From Botryllus schlosseri (taxonomy: Eukaryota): DNA of 64,000 nt. Position 1 is the stretch's first letter. The number at the start of each line of letters is the position of its first letter. The stretch covers positions 25,608,001 through 25,672,000 of the forward strand of contig CM119372.1 in NCBI GenBank assembly GCA_051294905.1. Reading direction: 5' to 3'. Both the position numbers and the translations under genes were made by a program. Under the pieces are notes generated by a model. That model worked only from the letters and a program-made list of their open reading frames with translations, had not been told where the DNA came from and searched no databases. This document shows, piece after piece, positions 12,732-24,774 of the stretch.

Positions 12732-15700
12732 ATGGAATCGTACATGACATTGGTTACTATTGGAGTGTTTCTTTATGCATCTACAGGTAATTAAATCGTT
12801 GTAATTTCGCTATTGCTATAATAACAGTCCAAATTAATTAAATCTACCACATAAAATCAAATTTATAAGCGATATATAGAGTCGATATTCAACTGTGTCG
12901 TGTCATAGGCCTTTCTTATATACTGATGGTTATAACCTGTCTAAATTATCTTTTAGTTTCATCATACTCTTCAAATGATGGGAGGATGATAAATTTTCTT
13001 CTGGAGAAGCAAAGCGCAAATTTTGCGCAATTATATAATGAACATTTGATGCGTTTGCGACGATCAACTAGGAATTCGGCACAATCGCAATCGCAATACC
13101 GTATGGGAAGATGTATATTCGAAGATTTTCTGCGAAGCGCTCAGACTTGTACCGCAACATTTTATGAGAGTGTCAGATCTGCCAACGCTACGCGAAGCCA
13201 GTGCAAGTAAGCAGATTTACACGATAATCTTCCGAGTTTTTCAATTGAGCGCGCCCGTCCGTTTAATATTTCCGTATGTATATTCATTACATCATGCGCG
13301 TTACCAGTGAAACATGAATTTTCACGATGGGCTGTAGAATATATCGAGGGCGCAGATATTTGGGGCGCAAACTGTTTGATCAGGGTTGGTGTCAACCTGT
13401 AATTTGAAACCGCAAGATATTCCGAGTATACCAATAGATTTCACGGAAATGTCAGCGGAGATACGGGAAGAGTGAAGTAATAGTTGGTAATGCAAACATG
13501 TGAGAAGCCTGCAGAAGCGAGATTAATAATGACAAATTATCTCCCAGTAAAAGTAAAATATACTGTCCACACCCACTGTGCAGAAGTCGCATTGTGAAAG
13601 ACCTTCTGTAGGCTCATGTAGGACTTGACGTGCCTATATCGGCCTAGTCTTCCCACTACGTTTTACTGGACGTTAGCCGGAATATTAATTACCATGTTTG
13701 TTCAGTCCTTGGAGCGTAGCAAATGCAAATCACAGACGTTTGATCGTTAATCAATAGCAATGCTATAGCGTAATGGTAGAGCGTCCAGCCTCTTGCTTGG
13801 TATAGTCAGTACGTTTAATTCCTCGCTCTGTCTGAAGAAAGGCTATACCTAATCTAGTACCCGTGGCTCCCCGGCGCCGAGAATATCGCGGTATTGTCGG
13901 GACAAAAATAAAATGGCGGTGCTGACATCATAACCTTTTCGGATCACTATCGTCCATGCACAATGCACATCGATGGTGAAGATGAAAATAAACGGCCTTC
14001 GGCCCGGGGCATTTAGCATTTTATTGGCGAATATTGTCGTGCTGGCGAATTCCATGTCGGCAATATGTCTGATTTGTGAGCGTTATAGGATTGTCTCAGG
14101 CGAGTATGAGTTTTACAAGGAAGGGCGATGTATATTTCCTCATACGAAAACCAGCTCTTAGGATTGAAGTCAGATGAATGTGTGATCCCACTAGCCTTGC
14201 AAAAGTGGGCCATTATGACTTCATATTTTCAAATGCGTTCACGCGAAATCGAAATCAGATGTGAAGGCGACGATTTACGGCTAACGTATTTCACTTGCAA
14301 TTTGCGAAGCTTTCCTGCATATCATCTTATTTTTCCGTAGATATATACCTTTGTTGTGCTATAGTTCTATACCTATGCCCATTTCAGACCATTTGTTGAC
14401 TTAAGCATTGTTTATTCATGTTTTAACGACTCACGAATGAGCGCCCTCTACGCATGCTCGTTGATTGATATATAGGTTTTTATCTTTTGCAGGGATACTT
14501 TTGAAACACTTCAGTCGTGTATGATGAGAACTCTTACGAATTGCACCAAGGCATCCTTTTTCGATCGAGGCGGTTTGTTTTCCGGCAAAACTGAAAGACT
14601 ACAACGGAATTTCCTCACATTCTTAGGTACGTGTTTGGTTATATACACCAACGATTCCTTTGTCATAATGAAAACATATTTGGTTATAGGAGATCAGGAC
14701 TTCTGGTGTGTTAAGGGAGGTTTGGGAGTTTCCAGCGAATTCCTTCCTCAGGGCTATAACTGTGATCCAATGTTTTATCACGCGAGCGAAAGTTGCACCA
14801 CTAACTACCGAAAAATGTTTAGAACAAATGCAAGGAACAACAGACTTTGCAAGTGCGTACTAAGTAAGGCGCGAATGTAACTATGTATTGTTTATATTTG
14901 CTTTTATTTTCCATGCAGGGAATACGAGAAAGCAAAGAATTGCTATGTTGAAACGCTCTTTCGTCATTGCTTATTTGATAGAAAAGTTCGCTACGCTGTT
15001 GAAATCATGGTCCAAATGTCGGATGATTTACAGCCTTTCTGCAAACGACCCATCGAACGAGAAGAGGCTATCCTTGACAGATTGATTCTACACAGTGAGT
15101 GAGGCATAGACTATCGTTATCACATCATTATGAGCAATAGTTAACATTTCGCAGAATCATGTCCTCCGTATTCTCTCACTGATGTTGCATTTGCCTTGGA
15201 CGTCACCAATGGCACCGCCAGGAAGCAATTTGTTGTCATGAAGCGAATGGTGGAAAATGTCGTAAGAAGGTGAAAACCAATTATTCGGTTTTTATTTTGA
15301 AATATAGACTGAATCGTCATTTACGTTTCAGGATGGATTACGGGCCGAGGGGGATACAAGTGGCTGTATTTCAGTATGATAATCAAGTGCGGAATATACT
15401 AAAATTTGGAAGGTGTGATGTTTTTCTTGTAGAACACGGATGTATATAATTTGTATTAAATTGGATGTTTTCGAGATCAATACTCCAAAACGATATTTTT
15501 ATGTGATCTTTCTAAGAAAGCTTTTGAACTAGATGATCAAAGGCTACTGAAAACTTTATTGAGAGGATATGTAATGTGATAAAAGCGATGACCGTAGTCG
15601 AACAAAAAATAATCGGGATACAGAGAGAGAAGAGAGAAGGGGGGATTCGTTTTCGCCTGCACCATCGAGATGCTTTTGACGACGGAGGTGCGATACGACC

Positions 15701-17502
15701 GTAAGGTCATCTAGTCAGCACCCCCGCTTTTTTTCTCCTCCATGCTATCCGTGGATGCTGAGCGCATAGCAGGATAGCTGCGGATACCAGTTTTCGAATC
15801 TTTGGTCTGACCCGGTCGGGGATAGAACCCACGACCTACCGATCAATAAACCGGACGCATCACACGCCCTATCGTAGTAGACCGTAGTTTCTTCGCATTC
15901 GAATGTATCTCAGATAACAACGTAAACGAAAACACTGTTTATAAGATTTCACGGAAATTCTAGTACCGATTCCCAAGTGATATATAGATAGCATAGGATG
16001 TAGTAATAAAAACGGTTGTCACTTCGACTATAATTCTGTGTTCTGATTCCTAGGAGAATGCCCAAACCCACATTCCAAAAACTCGTCCGAAGGATGACGC
16101 GAACCAGATCAGGGTTAAAAAACAAAGCACGCCGGTTGACTGGTCGAGCTCTTTCGAGCCTTGGAGGAAATACATTCTCACCCGGGAAGTCCGGCGAACT
16201 TTTAAAAAAAAACTACAAATCCGGGCAGCGACCGCACAATCCGGCCGTACTGTTCGTTATGACGTCTGGCCGCAGTGATGATTCTCTTTCCGCGGGGCTT
16301 GAAATTTTGAGAGACAGGTAATATTTCTATTTCACACGGAAGAATGCATATTTTTAACACGGATACAATATGTATTTTCAGAAATGTCCACGTCGTGTTG
16401 GTTGGTCCTTCCGCAATTGAACGCACGCCTCAAGAACCTAGAAAAACTGCTGCGTCATCGCTAGCCTGGTCTGGACCTTCACCTGCAGGCAGTCACATCA
16501 TCGATAGTAATCGCGTGATCGTCACTACAGATTTCAAGTTTAGAGATGTCCGAACAATAGGCGAGAAACTGGCTGAAGAAATTTGCAAAGCCGATAGGTA
16601 AAATCAGGACTGAATTACAGTTCACACTATCTCCTGAAAATAGAGCATTAATGTAGACTTGAAAAATCGCTTGTTTCGTCGAGGAACAGTAATCATTTAC
16701 TTTTATTAAGCTTCAGATTGAAATCGAATGAGACCGGATAGTGTTGTTACAATTTTCAGTTAAATCATTGCACTAATAAATATGCGTATAGTAGCAACAT
16801 TTTAAAGGGTGGGCTAAAATACGCTCCATTTGTATTGCAGGCTCCGACAGTTACACAGCAGTGCAACTGCAATGGTTGTGGAAGGAGAGATGGAAAACTC
16901 GCGTTTCGCTGATCGTGATCTTCTGCATTTGTTCGAATTGACTCCAATCGTGTCTACTGCGGTCACGCCGACTTTATCAGCAGAAACCATTCCATATGGA
17001 ATTTTGCCACCCCGCCCAATATATGAAGGTGGTATGGATGGAGATTTGTTCATGCCAAGGCAATTGCCTTCGAATAGATGGCCATTTTATATGAACGGTT
17101 AGTATCGTAAGCATGCGGCACTACACACACATGCAAAATCTGAAAGCCTTTGTTAGTTGGAGGCGATCACATTTTAAACTGATGAATGTAACGATGTTGT
17201 TGTTTGTATTCTTTAGCCATGCGGTTGTATGAGATAGACATCGTTCCAAGATATAAAATGTTTTAAATACGTAAGACAATAGACGGATTGTTAAGCGAAG
17301 TGGCACTGATACGAGATACAATACTAAATCCATTCAGATATGGCTATACTTAATAACGGGACATTTCCGGAGCCTGAAACTTCAAAGAGAATTATACAAA
17401 CAAAATACGTAGGCCGTGGTATTTATAAGAAATAATTTTCTTATTTCAGATAATGAATATCACTCGGAAAGCAGCATGAGAGATGATTTCTTCAGAAAGT
17501 GA
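12732..17502 (+). CDS. 11-exon gene for a 587-aa secreted protein: signal peptide, two 6-Cys repeats, VWA (von Willebrand factor A) domain with degenerate MIDAS, S/T/P-rich tail
   Basis: Exons 12732-12786, 12957-13206, 14493-14626, 14690-14852, 14919-15094, 15155-15269, 15332-15412, 16054-16317, 16382-16597, 16841-17097, 17450-17502. All introns are GT-AG with compatible phases; 1764 nt, open to TGA. N-terminus MESYMTLVTIGVFLYASTVSS is signal-peptide-like. VWA motifs: C..DVAFALDVTNG..F..MKRMV, GPRGIQVAVFQY, TGRAL, GQRPHNPAVLFVMTSGRSDD, closing EEIC. The last exon is the least certain. Confidence 0.85.
13762..13830 (+). mobile_element. Degraded tRNA-derived SINE head in intron 2
   Basis: A-box-like TAGCGTAATGGTAGAGCG and B-box-like GTTTAATTCC. 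No complete cloverleaf. Confidence 0.4.
15622..15868 (-). mobile_element. tRNA-derived SINE with Meta/MESC-like central domain, in intron 7
   Basis: - strand: B box GGTTCTATCCC, then GTCAGACCAAAGATTCGAAAACTGGTATCCGCAGCTATCCTGCTATGCGCTCAGCAT (resembles the MetaSINE core as I recall it), a LINE-like 3' stem-loop and a (TC)-rich tail. Confidence 0.75.
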
Positions 17503-19128
17503 AGCATATGGTTGGATACAACATTTGAATCACTGTTCGATCGTCCATTGGCAACGCAATGCTGTCATTAGTCAATTCCAAATGCCGTCTGGACATAACC
17601 GTTGACAACAAAGAGGTTGCTGCAAGCATACGACATCCGGTGGAATGTGATGTCATCAAACACTTTTAACTAGCGAAGTGAGAGTGATGTAATGGGAAAT
17701 TGAACGCAGCTGAAACATTATGAACGGCGAACTGCGCTCGCGTTTTGTTGATGTTGAGCACAGATACCGCGAGATCTGATTCATTGATCTGACAGCAAAT
17801 CCGGTTTTGAAATTAGCGCGACAAGAATGGTAGTATTCATCGTCGAATGGCTGAATAACGTGAACTTCATATTGCATAGACAATATTGTCATTTCATACA
17901 CGAAAGTTTGTTTATTTTTCTAATTTTAGTGCTGTGCGTTTATCATTTTCATGCCGTCGCCATAGATGCATCCGCATTATCAATCCTCCTATGCTTTCAT
18001 TTTTCGAATAATAATAATGCAAATTTATTAAGTTTAGGCTTCTCGTAGTCGTTAGCCTAATATGCAAGGAACTCTGTTTTTATGCTTACCAATGCGGGTT
18101 TCAGACATCACTTCGCATGAGTCAGTGACCCTCTGATCAATGACCACCGCTTATTCAGCAAAGAAAATAAGTTCGGAATAGTCATCGCTGAATGGACTGT
18201 GCTGTGATTGTATCCTAGTTGCTCGTTTATGACGATACGTCAAATAATGAGACGCGAAGTAATTCAGAAACTGGTAATACAGTTTAATGATGTATTCATA
18301 TTTATTACTCGAAGATTTTCGAACTAACGCTCATCAGCTAAAATACGAATTTAAAATACTCATCTAAAAAATTACGACTTCGAACAGAGTAAAATTTCGA
18401 ATTCAAAATACGAGGGAGACACAATGCAGAACAAGTTAATTAGTGATTTTCAAATGATGCACCAAGTGTTTCATTGCCATATACTACAGATTGGCGAATT
18501 GTAATAACTCTGGACTGGAGAACAGGCAAATAAAATTATCTGCGACCCTTTTCCGAGATAGAGAGCCTGTCCTCTCGATAGTTGGCAGCTGTTGAGTTAT
18601 CAAATGAAGTAAATGCTTACCGATGGAAGTATCATGATCCAAGGCCTGATTGTATTCAAATGCCAACGGATTATTTTGCTCTGACTTCGATATATATGTT
18701 TTGATTGAGGGTGGAATATATGTTGTTTGATACGTCCACGGGTATAGTTCTCCCCACCTACGCACAATCACTGTGGTACCGGTAGCTGCATTCATACCGA
18801 TGCAAGGAAGGAGCGCAAGTATACATCACGAGCAACTTCTTGACGAGTTTCATGGGGTTTACAATCGTTCGAATGACGCAAACTTTTATCAACTGCCCGT
18901 TTGATGGCGTACTCACGACATCCATATTTTGTAAAAATATCTAGAACAGTGGTTCTCAACCTTTTTGTCTTCGCGGACTCCTTTCGGAACGTCACGGACC
19001 CCGTGGACCCCCACCAAGTTTTACTTCAAATCGTGCAACCGTCATCTCTGATTTGTGCAATAGGCCTAAACAAGCAGGAATGGGCGACTTAATTTGATAC
19101 TGCAAACTACCTACTAAAAGACGGACCT

Positions 19129-19212
19129 ACGGGGCTCGTTCACTTTCGGACCAAAAACACATTTTCTCCGTAAGGCTGTAGTCAGTTTGGTCCTCAAGTG
19201 AACGAGCCCCGT
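19129..19212. repeat. 84-bp inverted repeat, probable mini-MITE
   Basis: ACGGGGCTCGTTCACTT...AAGTGAACGAGCCCCGT: perfect 17-bp arms, extending via GGACCAAA/TTTGGTCC. Confidence 0.8.
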
Positions 19213-19814
19213 GTCCTGGTCCGGTTTCGTCAAATTCCGATTTGATTATTAGGCTTCAAGTACTTCGGATATGCGACTATCTTACCCGTCAATCTATTCG
19301 ATACACACTGACATAGGTCTGTTTCATAACTGAAAGTAATTGAACTACTGTGGTGCAATTACTTGAAAGTTGGGATGTAGATGAAGCCATACGAGCAAGT
19401 CTAGTATAGCTAGCATCGGATTATCTATCGAACATTCGTATTATTTGAATATGTGAGTGGCGGTAATAAAATTCAATATTGCTTTCAGATCTACATTGAT
19501 CGCAGTGGAATTTATAACTCCAACACTTTTCGTGTGCACCTTATCAAGAGTTAACGGCGCAGGAATGATTGCTAAATGTAGATCTGCTTCCCATCTGTCT
19601 CTGTCTCTAAAATTGACCAATCCTTGTTTATGCCGGCAGGAGTAGTTTCTATACAATCTAAAAATTGTCCATTAATATATAGGCTACCGCTAATTGTCCG
19701 TGTAATATATAATTTGATTTTCTGTCGTGTCTTTATTATGATTACCGGTACAGCTGATTTGCCTAGCGTTCCGTTTTATTATTGCATTGTTACGCCACAC
19801 TTTGCCAATTTACG

Positions 19815-20843
19815 TAGGGATGGTATTATAGAGGATGTACATCCTCTATAATGGTATGAACCTGAGGTTCACGTTCGCGTTCTGTGTGTGAACCTTGGAA
19901 ATTTAGAGGTTCGCGTTCACAACAGAACCTTGGTAGGTTCTGCACTGTGAACCTTTTTTGATATATTACAATTTTCACTTCATTATGACATCTTTGGTTC
20001 GAATTTATTGCATTTCAACTGCAGGCCACTCTATGGATGGCGCTGGCAGCATAAGAAATCAACACAAAACGAACATGCACCTTGACAATCTCGAAGACTT
20101 TACTTGCGTTGTTAGAAAAGTTTGCTCGATATATATATCCATCTTTCCGTTTGTGAATATTTAGTGACTCTCTGCTGTAAGGTTGGCCCGCAATCACAAA
20201 ACATCACGAGCAACATACACTACATGTATTCAGCGAATGATGCTTATTCAACCAATCAATGAGATTCATATCGTTTTTTGAGGTAACAAATCTAGCAGGC
20301 CTTCGGGGTCAATGTTGACTTGATATGTTTATCATTAAAACCAAATCCGTGCGATTGAGGTGTTCGCTACAGCTGTATAACTTGTGGGGTAGCCTAATAT
20401 CGGTAGCAAGTATAGAAACCTGTTTTACACTTTGTTCAATATCAATAATAGCAATACCCGGACGCCGAATACATTTTCCGGTCTGGTCGAGGCCGTTAAG
20501 GCGTAAGCCTATATTCCCTGGCAGGTTCTCGTCGAAATTGTTGGCAAAGCGACGGATTTTATGGAATTAATATATCATTTGATTGCCTCAGTTGATACAT
20601 TTAGCGACGTTTAAAACGCCAATATGCTCTTTAGCATTGTGGCACTATGTGGCCCGAGTCGTCGCTAGATATCGTGTACAATGTACATTAATATAGGCTA
20701 TCACTTCATTGAAAGATAGGGTTGGAATTAGCAATATGACGTCACGTGACGTCATGAGGTTCACGTTCGCGTTCACACAGAACCTTTCAAAAAGGTTCGC
20801 GTTCACACGAACCTGAACCTTTTAGAGGTTCACACCATCCCTA
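19815..20843. mobile_element. TAGGGATGGT-terminus MITE with GAACCT/AGGTTC sub-terminal repeats, nested in 18947-22674
   Basis: TIR TAGGGATGGT / ACCATCCCTA. Flanks CAATTTAC(G) / CAATTTAG. Confidence 0.75.
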
Positions 20844-23272
20844 CAATTTAGCTTTCGTTTGGATCTCTTTCCATAATCTAATCATGCTTCATATTGTGCC
20901 GAATAGGCACACGAAAAGTCTTCGAGTTACTAAATTCTACTGCAATGAATCTATTCTGAAAGCAATATTAGTATTTTGTCGACTATCTGTGCTTCTACTG
21001 CAAATCGTGTTAATAATGACGGATTTTGCCCAACGTTAGGACATTTTCTAAAGCGACCTTATGATTAAAATTTCATAAAGATCGATTGATTCATTCGTTT
21101 CAAAATCATGGGTGTATGACTGAGTTTCCAATACGAGAGGAGGGGTGGGGTGCAGTGTAGTCTATCCCCTTACGCATGGCTGGACAATGCATATTCCTTA
21201 GATTATATATAATATAATAATCCTAATTTTTCACAAATACAGTCTTCAATTTAAAAAGTTCAATTTCTCGGCTTTTCAGTTTGCGCAAATATGGTTCAGC
21301 TGCGGAGAGAAATTATTGTATCAAAAGACCTTCAAACTCGATCAAACTTGCCTCCAAACCAGACGTAGGCGTGTTCTACGTGGTAGAATCATAGAATTCG
21401 TAGTAAGACTGTTAATTTGCTAGTTAATAGTTTTTTTTTATGAAATCTGATGGTCCTATGGACATTTCATGAAGCAATATTTGGAGTGTACAAGAACTCC
21501 TTGAAGAAACAGGCTTTCCAGCGTACCAGCCAAGAATACCAGACAAGAATTCCCTCATTTTTGTCCAATGAATTATTCTGAGAAACCAAAATTGACGTAT
21601 CATAGAAAGAATAGTACATTGAAGTCATACACGAAATTGTGAGAAGAAGATTGTCACTAGTAGGTTGACTTGTGACGCTCGTTACCACGCAAAAGAACTC
21701 TTCAGTAACTCAGTGAGTGAATCCGAGCGCTGTGTAGCGTATCCGGCAAGATTATGATAAACGCTCTAAGCACATCCGAGATCTCACCCCTTAGAGACGT
21801 TACAAATGCATGGTCTTCATAGTCGCCCTTTACAAAGTTGCCCGAAATGGCGAGGAAGTTGCCTTAGAGCTAGAAGCGCATATGATATACAGCGCAGATC
21901 GAGTATGCATGTCAATCGGGCAACATCTCGAGAAAGTGACCGGGCAACATTCGGCCAAATGATTACTGTAGGCATAGTGATAAATAGTCACAAAATGACT
22001 TTTCTTGAAAATAAGATCATACTGTTCATGTAGAGCTCGGGTTGACTTCTATTATTTCAAATCGAATTCTGCAACTGCATTTCTTGAAACATATGTGGTC
22101 GTGTCTTGAAAATTTGCACCTTCGATTTGATAGGAACGAGTGCCGAAAATCCATTTGCACAAATATATGTGGTGGCGAATGTAATAATAGCACATAACGC
22201 TTTCGACGACGCATATGGGTATAATCGCAACAAATATGGCACCAAAATTTACAAACGCAATTTTAATGAATATATACCGTCAAGCCTGGTCTTGTCTATC
22301 CAGCATTCTATCTTGAAGTTATCATGGAAAAAAGGGCTATGTATCACAGGAGAGAAACGATTTTTGTAAACATTTCGAAGTCGCCGTGATTGACCTTACT
22401 CATCCAACTTTTTTTCCACAATTCCCGACAAAACATTTCTAAACAGCAAAATGTTTGTATCAGTAGGCTATTGTCAATTAAAATGAGTCTGCACAGTGTA
22501 GGATATTTCATCTCAGATGGCCATTCTGTTAATGTAAGCTCTGTAGTTTTACTAGTAATGAAGAGAAACTGCCTCGTGATGTTCTGAATTTAAAACAAAA
22601 TTAGTTTATCAATTATTTTGAGGCTTCGCGGACCCCCTGAAAATGCTTCGCGGACCCCCGGTTGAGAACCGCTGATCTAGAATGTAGCCAAGTTCAGAAT
22701 TCAACCTATCGTCGAAGCAAATCATCAGCACCATCAGTGCCAAGCAAATTATTTTGCGGCGTTTTGAGATGGAATAGTTCGATCATACGTATTAACCTTC
22801 CAGTGAATGTTGCCTTTCTATATAAACAGACGTCAAACAATTTATCGCTTCGTTTTTCTGCCAGAACGCCGAGGAATCACAGGCAGTTTTTTCTTCTTTT
22901 TTGTGACGTAATATTCAATTCGGGCTCAGATTCACAATGGGAAATCTGGAATATGTCGTCTACATATAGCGATTAGCGAGAGCTTATACGGTAACGAGGG
23001 AAGAGGTTGTCTTCACGAAAACTCACAAATATATTCGCTAAGATCGGCCGAGCGGGGAACGCACAGCTATACGCTATCGTTCTGCCCTTGCATGGCATTG
23101 TTGAAGCTAAATCGAACGGAGCAAACCACGTTTCTCATCACTCATCAGCTCTATGAAATGTCGCTCATGAAATTGGGAGTGACATCATCAGCGTGTGATT
23201 GTAGAGTACGTCAGAGCAAATATATCCACTGTGTCTTTTATTAGCACATTATTAGTGAAAAGGCTCTTCAAA

Positions 23273-23623
23273 TAGGGTTACCATACGTCATCCTTCAGGA
23301 GGATTTGTCCTCTTTTTTGAAGAAATGTTCTCCCTTCGCCCAAATCTCTTCGTTTTTAGCCTAAAATACCCTAAATGACCACGAAAGATAACGGGCTACG
23401 CGGAAGTCAAATCCGAAAAATGATTTTTTATTTTACTTTATTATTTAGTCAACACTGCATACCAATATGAGGTGAAAGAGGGTGTTTCGGTAGTCAAATC
23501 GGAAAAATACCTTTTTGTAGTCAACCCAATGAAATTGGTTGTGTAGGGTTTTCTATTCCGCTTCAGTAACTTTTGGAGCCAGTCAAAAGTGTCCTCCTTT
23601 ACAAATCTCAAAGTATAACCCCA
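23273..23623. mobile_element. TAGGGTTACCA-family MITE, degraded
   Basis: Starts TAGGGTTACCATACGTC and ends ...GTATAACCCCA. Aligns in inverse with 32980-33293. Confidence 0.65.
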
Positions 23624-23953
23624 CTTTAAATCAAATTAGACAAGACAATTATAGGATGCAGATAGGCGTAAGCGTCGTACCTCATCGTCAATGGTTAATG
23701 ATTCGCGTACGCAGTGGGAGCCACACAGTTCGTGAGCAGGCTCAATTATCCAATTTGCTAGCTTGTTCACTCTTAGCGAAACGACTGTGTATTCCCACCT
23801 GTGTATCACCCCTTATATACGTATGTGAATATACACCCATGGCACACGAAACCAGAACCAAGCTCAGACTTATACAGCGGTATAAATCGAGTACATTTCA
23901 ACCCAAATTTTCCATACGTATAGGAACGTATGTACGGTAGGCTACATATTAGT

Positions 23954-24345
23954 GCGGAGCCGGATTGGATATCCGGCCGTATTTTTTCAATTTTGGCCGG
24001 AGCCGGATCAGTACTTTTTTGACACGACCGGAGATGGATGAGTACTTTTTTGATCCGGCCAGAATATTTATAGATAAGCATGACTTTTTTTCAACTAAAT
24101 AACTACCAACCAACCAACCAACCATACGCAAGTAACCGCCAAGCCAGTGCGAAAATAAACGAGCCATATTTATAAATTCACGGAATCACCGTACCGTGTA
24201 GGGACTAGGGCGATGCATGGACCGGAGCCGGATTGGATATCCGGCCAGACTTTTTCATTTTTGGCCGGAGCCGGATCAGTACTTTTCCTGATACGACCGG
24301 AGCCGGACCAGAGAATTGAAAAACAGGATCGGAGTCGGACCAGAG
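23954..24345. repeat. Duplicated CCGGAGCCGGA-rich segment (MITE sub-terminal repeats)
   Basis: About 80 bp at 23954-24033 recurs at 24222-24310. Confidence 0.7.
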
Positions 24346-24774
24346 AATTTGTCGATCCTTTCCGCACTATAATGTATATGCAATATGCATATGTCCTTTG
24401 AGATGAAATGGAAAATCCGAACGTGTGAGTTGCCACTTGTACGAGCTGAACCCGCAATTATGAGTCTCCCATTCGACGAGCTCTAACAGCTACCAAGCGA
24501 CTATACACAATACACATGAACACGGACAAAAGTTATTCTTAACAGATCTTGTTAGATTGTGACGGGTAATTTGCACTTTATGCTGCAAACGACAGGGTGG
24601 ATTGATAAAATGCACGTTCCCATCTTGCTTCTTCGAAAACATCATGAACACGAAATCTAATGCGTTCTAAGACAAAAATCACGTGTCACAAGAAGAGAAA
24701 AACTACTCAAAACAGAAGTAACTTCAAGTTTTCACGCAAAATAGTGTCGATGTGATAGCTTTGGCCACCAACTT

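Larger units (their letters stand above)
18947..22674 (-). mobile_element. Defective Buster-type hAT transposon (3.7 kb)
   Basis: TIR CAGTGGTTCTCAACC / GGTTGAGAACCGCTG, perfect TSD ATCTAGAA (18939-18946 / 22675-22682). - strand remnant ASSKALCAIITFATTYICANGFSALVPIKSK matches the Buster-type hAT dimerisation motif (PFATTYLCESGFS..IK). Confidence 0.9.
18400..22980 (-). mobile_element. Degenerate Penelope-like retroelement (RT C-terminus + GIY-YIG), split by the 18947-22674 insertion
   Basis: - strand remnants RY(V)DDIF near 22950-22972, RKATFTG, ICFDDRLNSELGYILDIFTKYG (continuous across the TSD once the insertion is removed), C.*VGRT..RIKQH and DTSIGKHL. Many stops and frameshifts; outer limits approximate. 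Confidence 0.7.

Noticed and set aside
13762..13830. tRNA gene
   Set aside because: Only an A box and a degenerate B box. No acceptor stem or cloverleaf, so a SINE remnant is more likely.
17338..17436. Alternative terminal exon for the VWA gene
   Set aside because: It is in frame but has a weaker pyrimidine tract than the acceptor at 17449. It cannot be excluded without transcripts.
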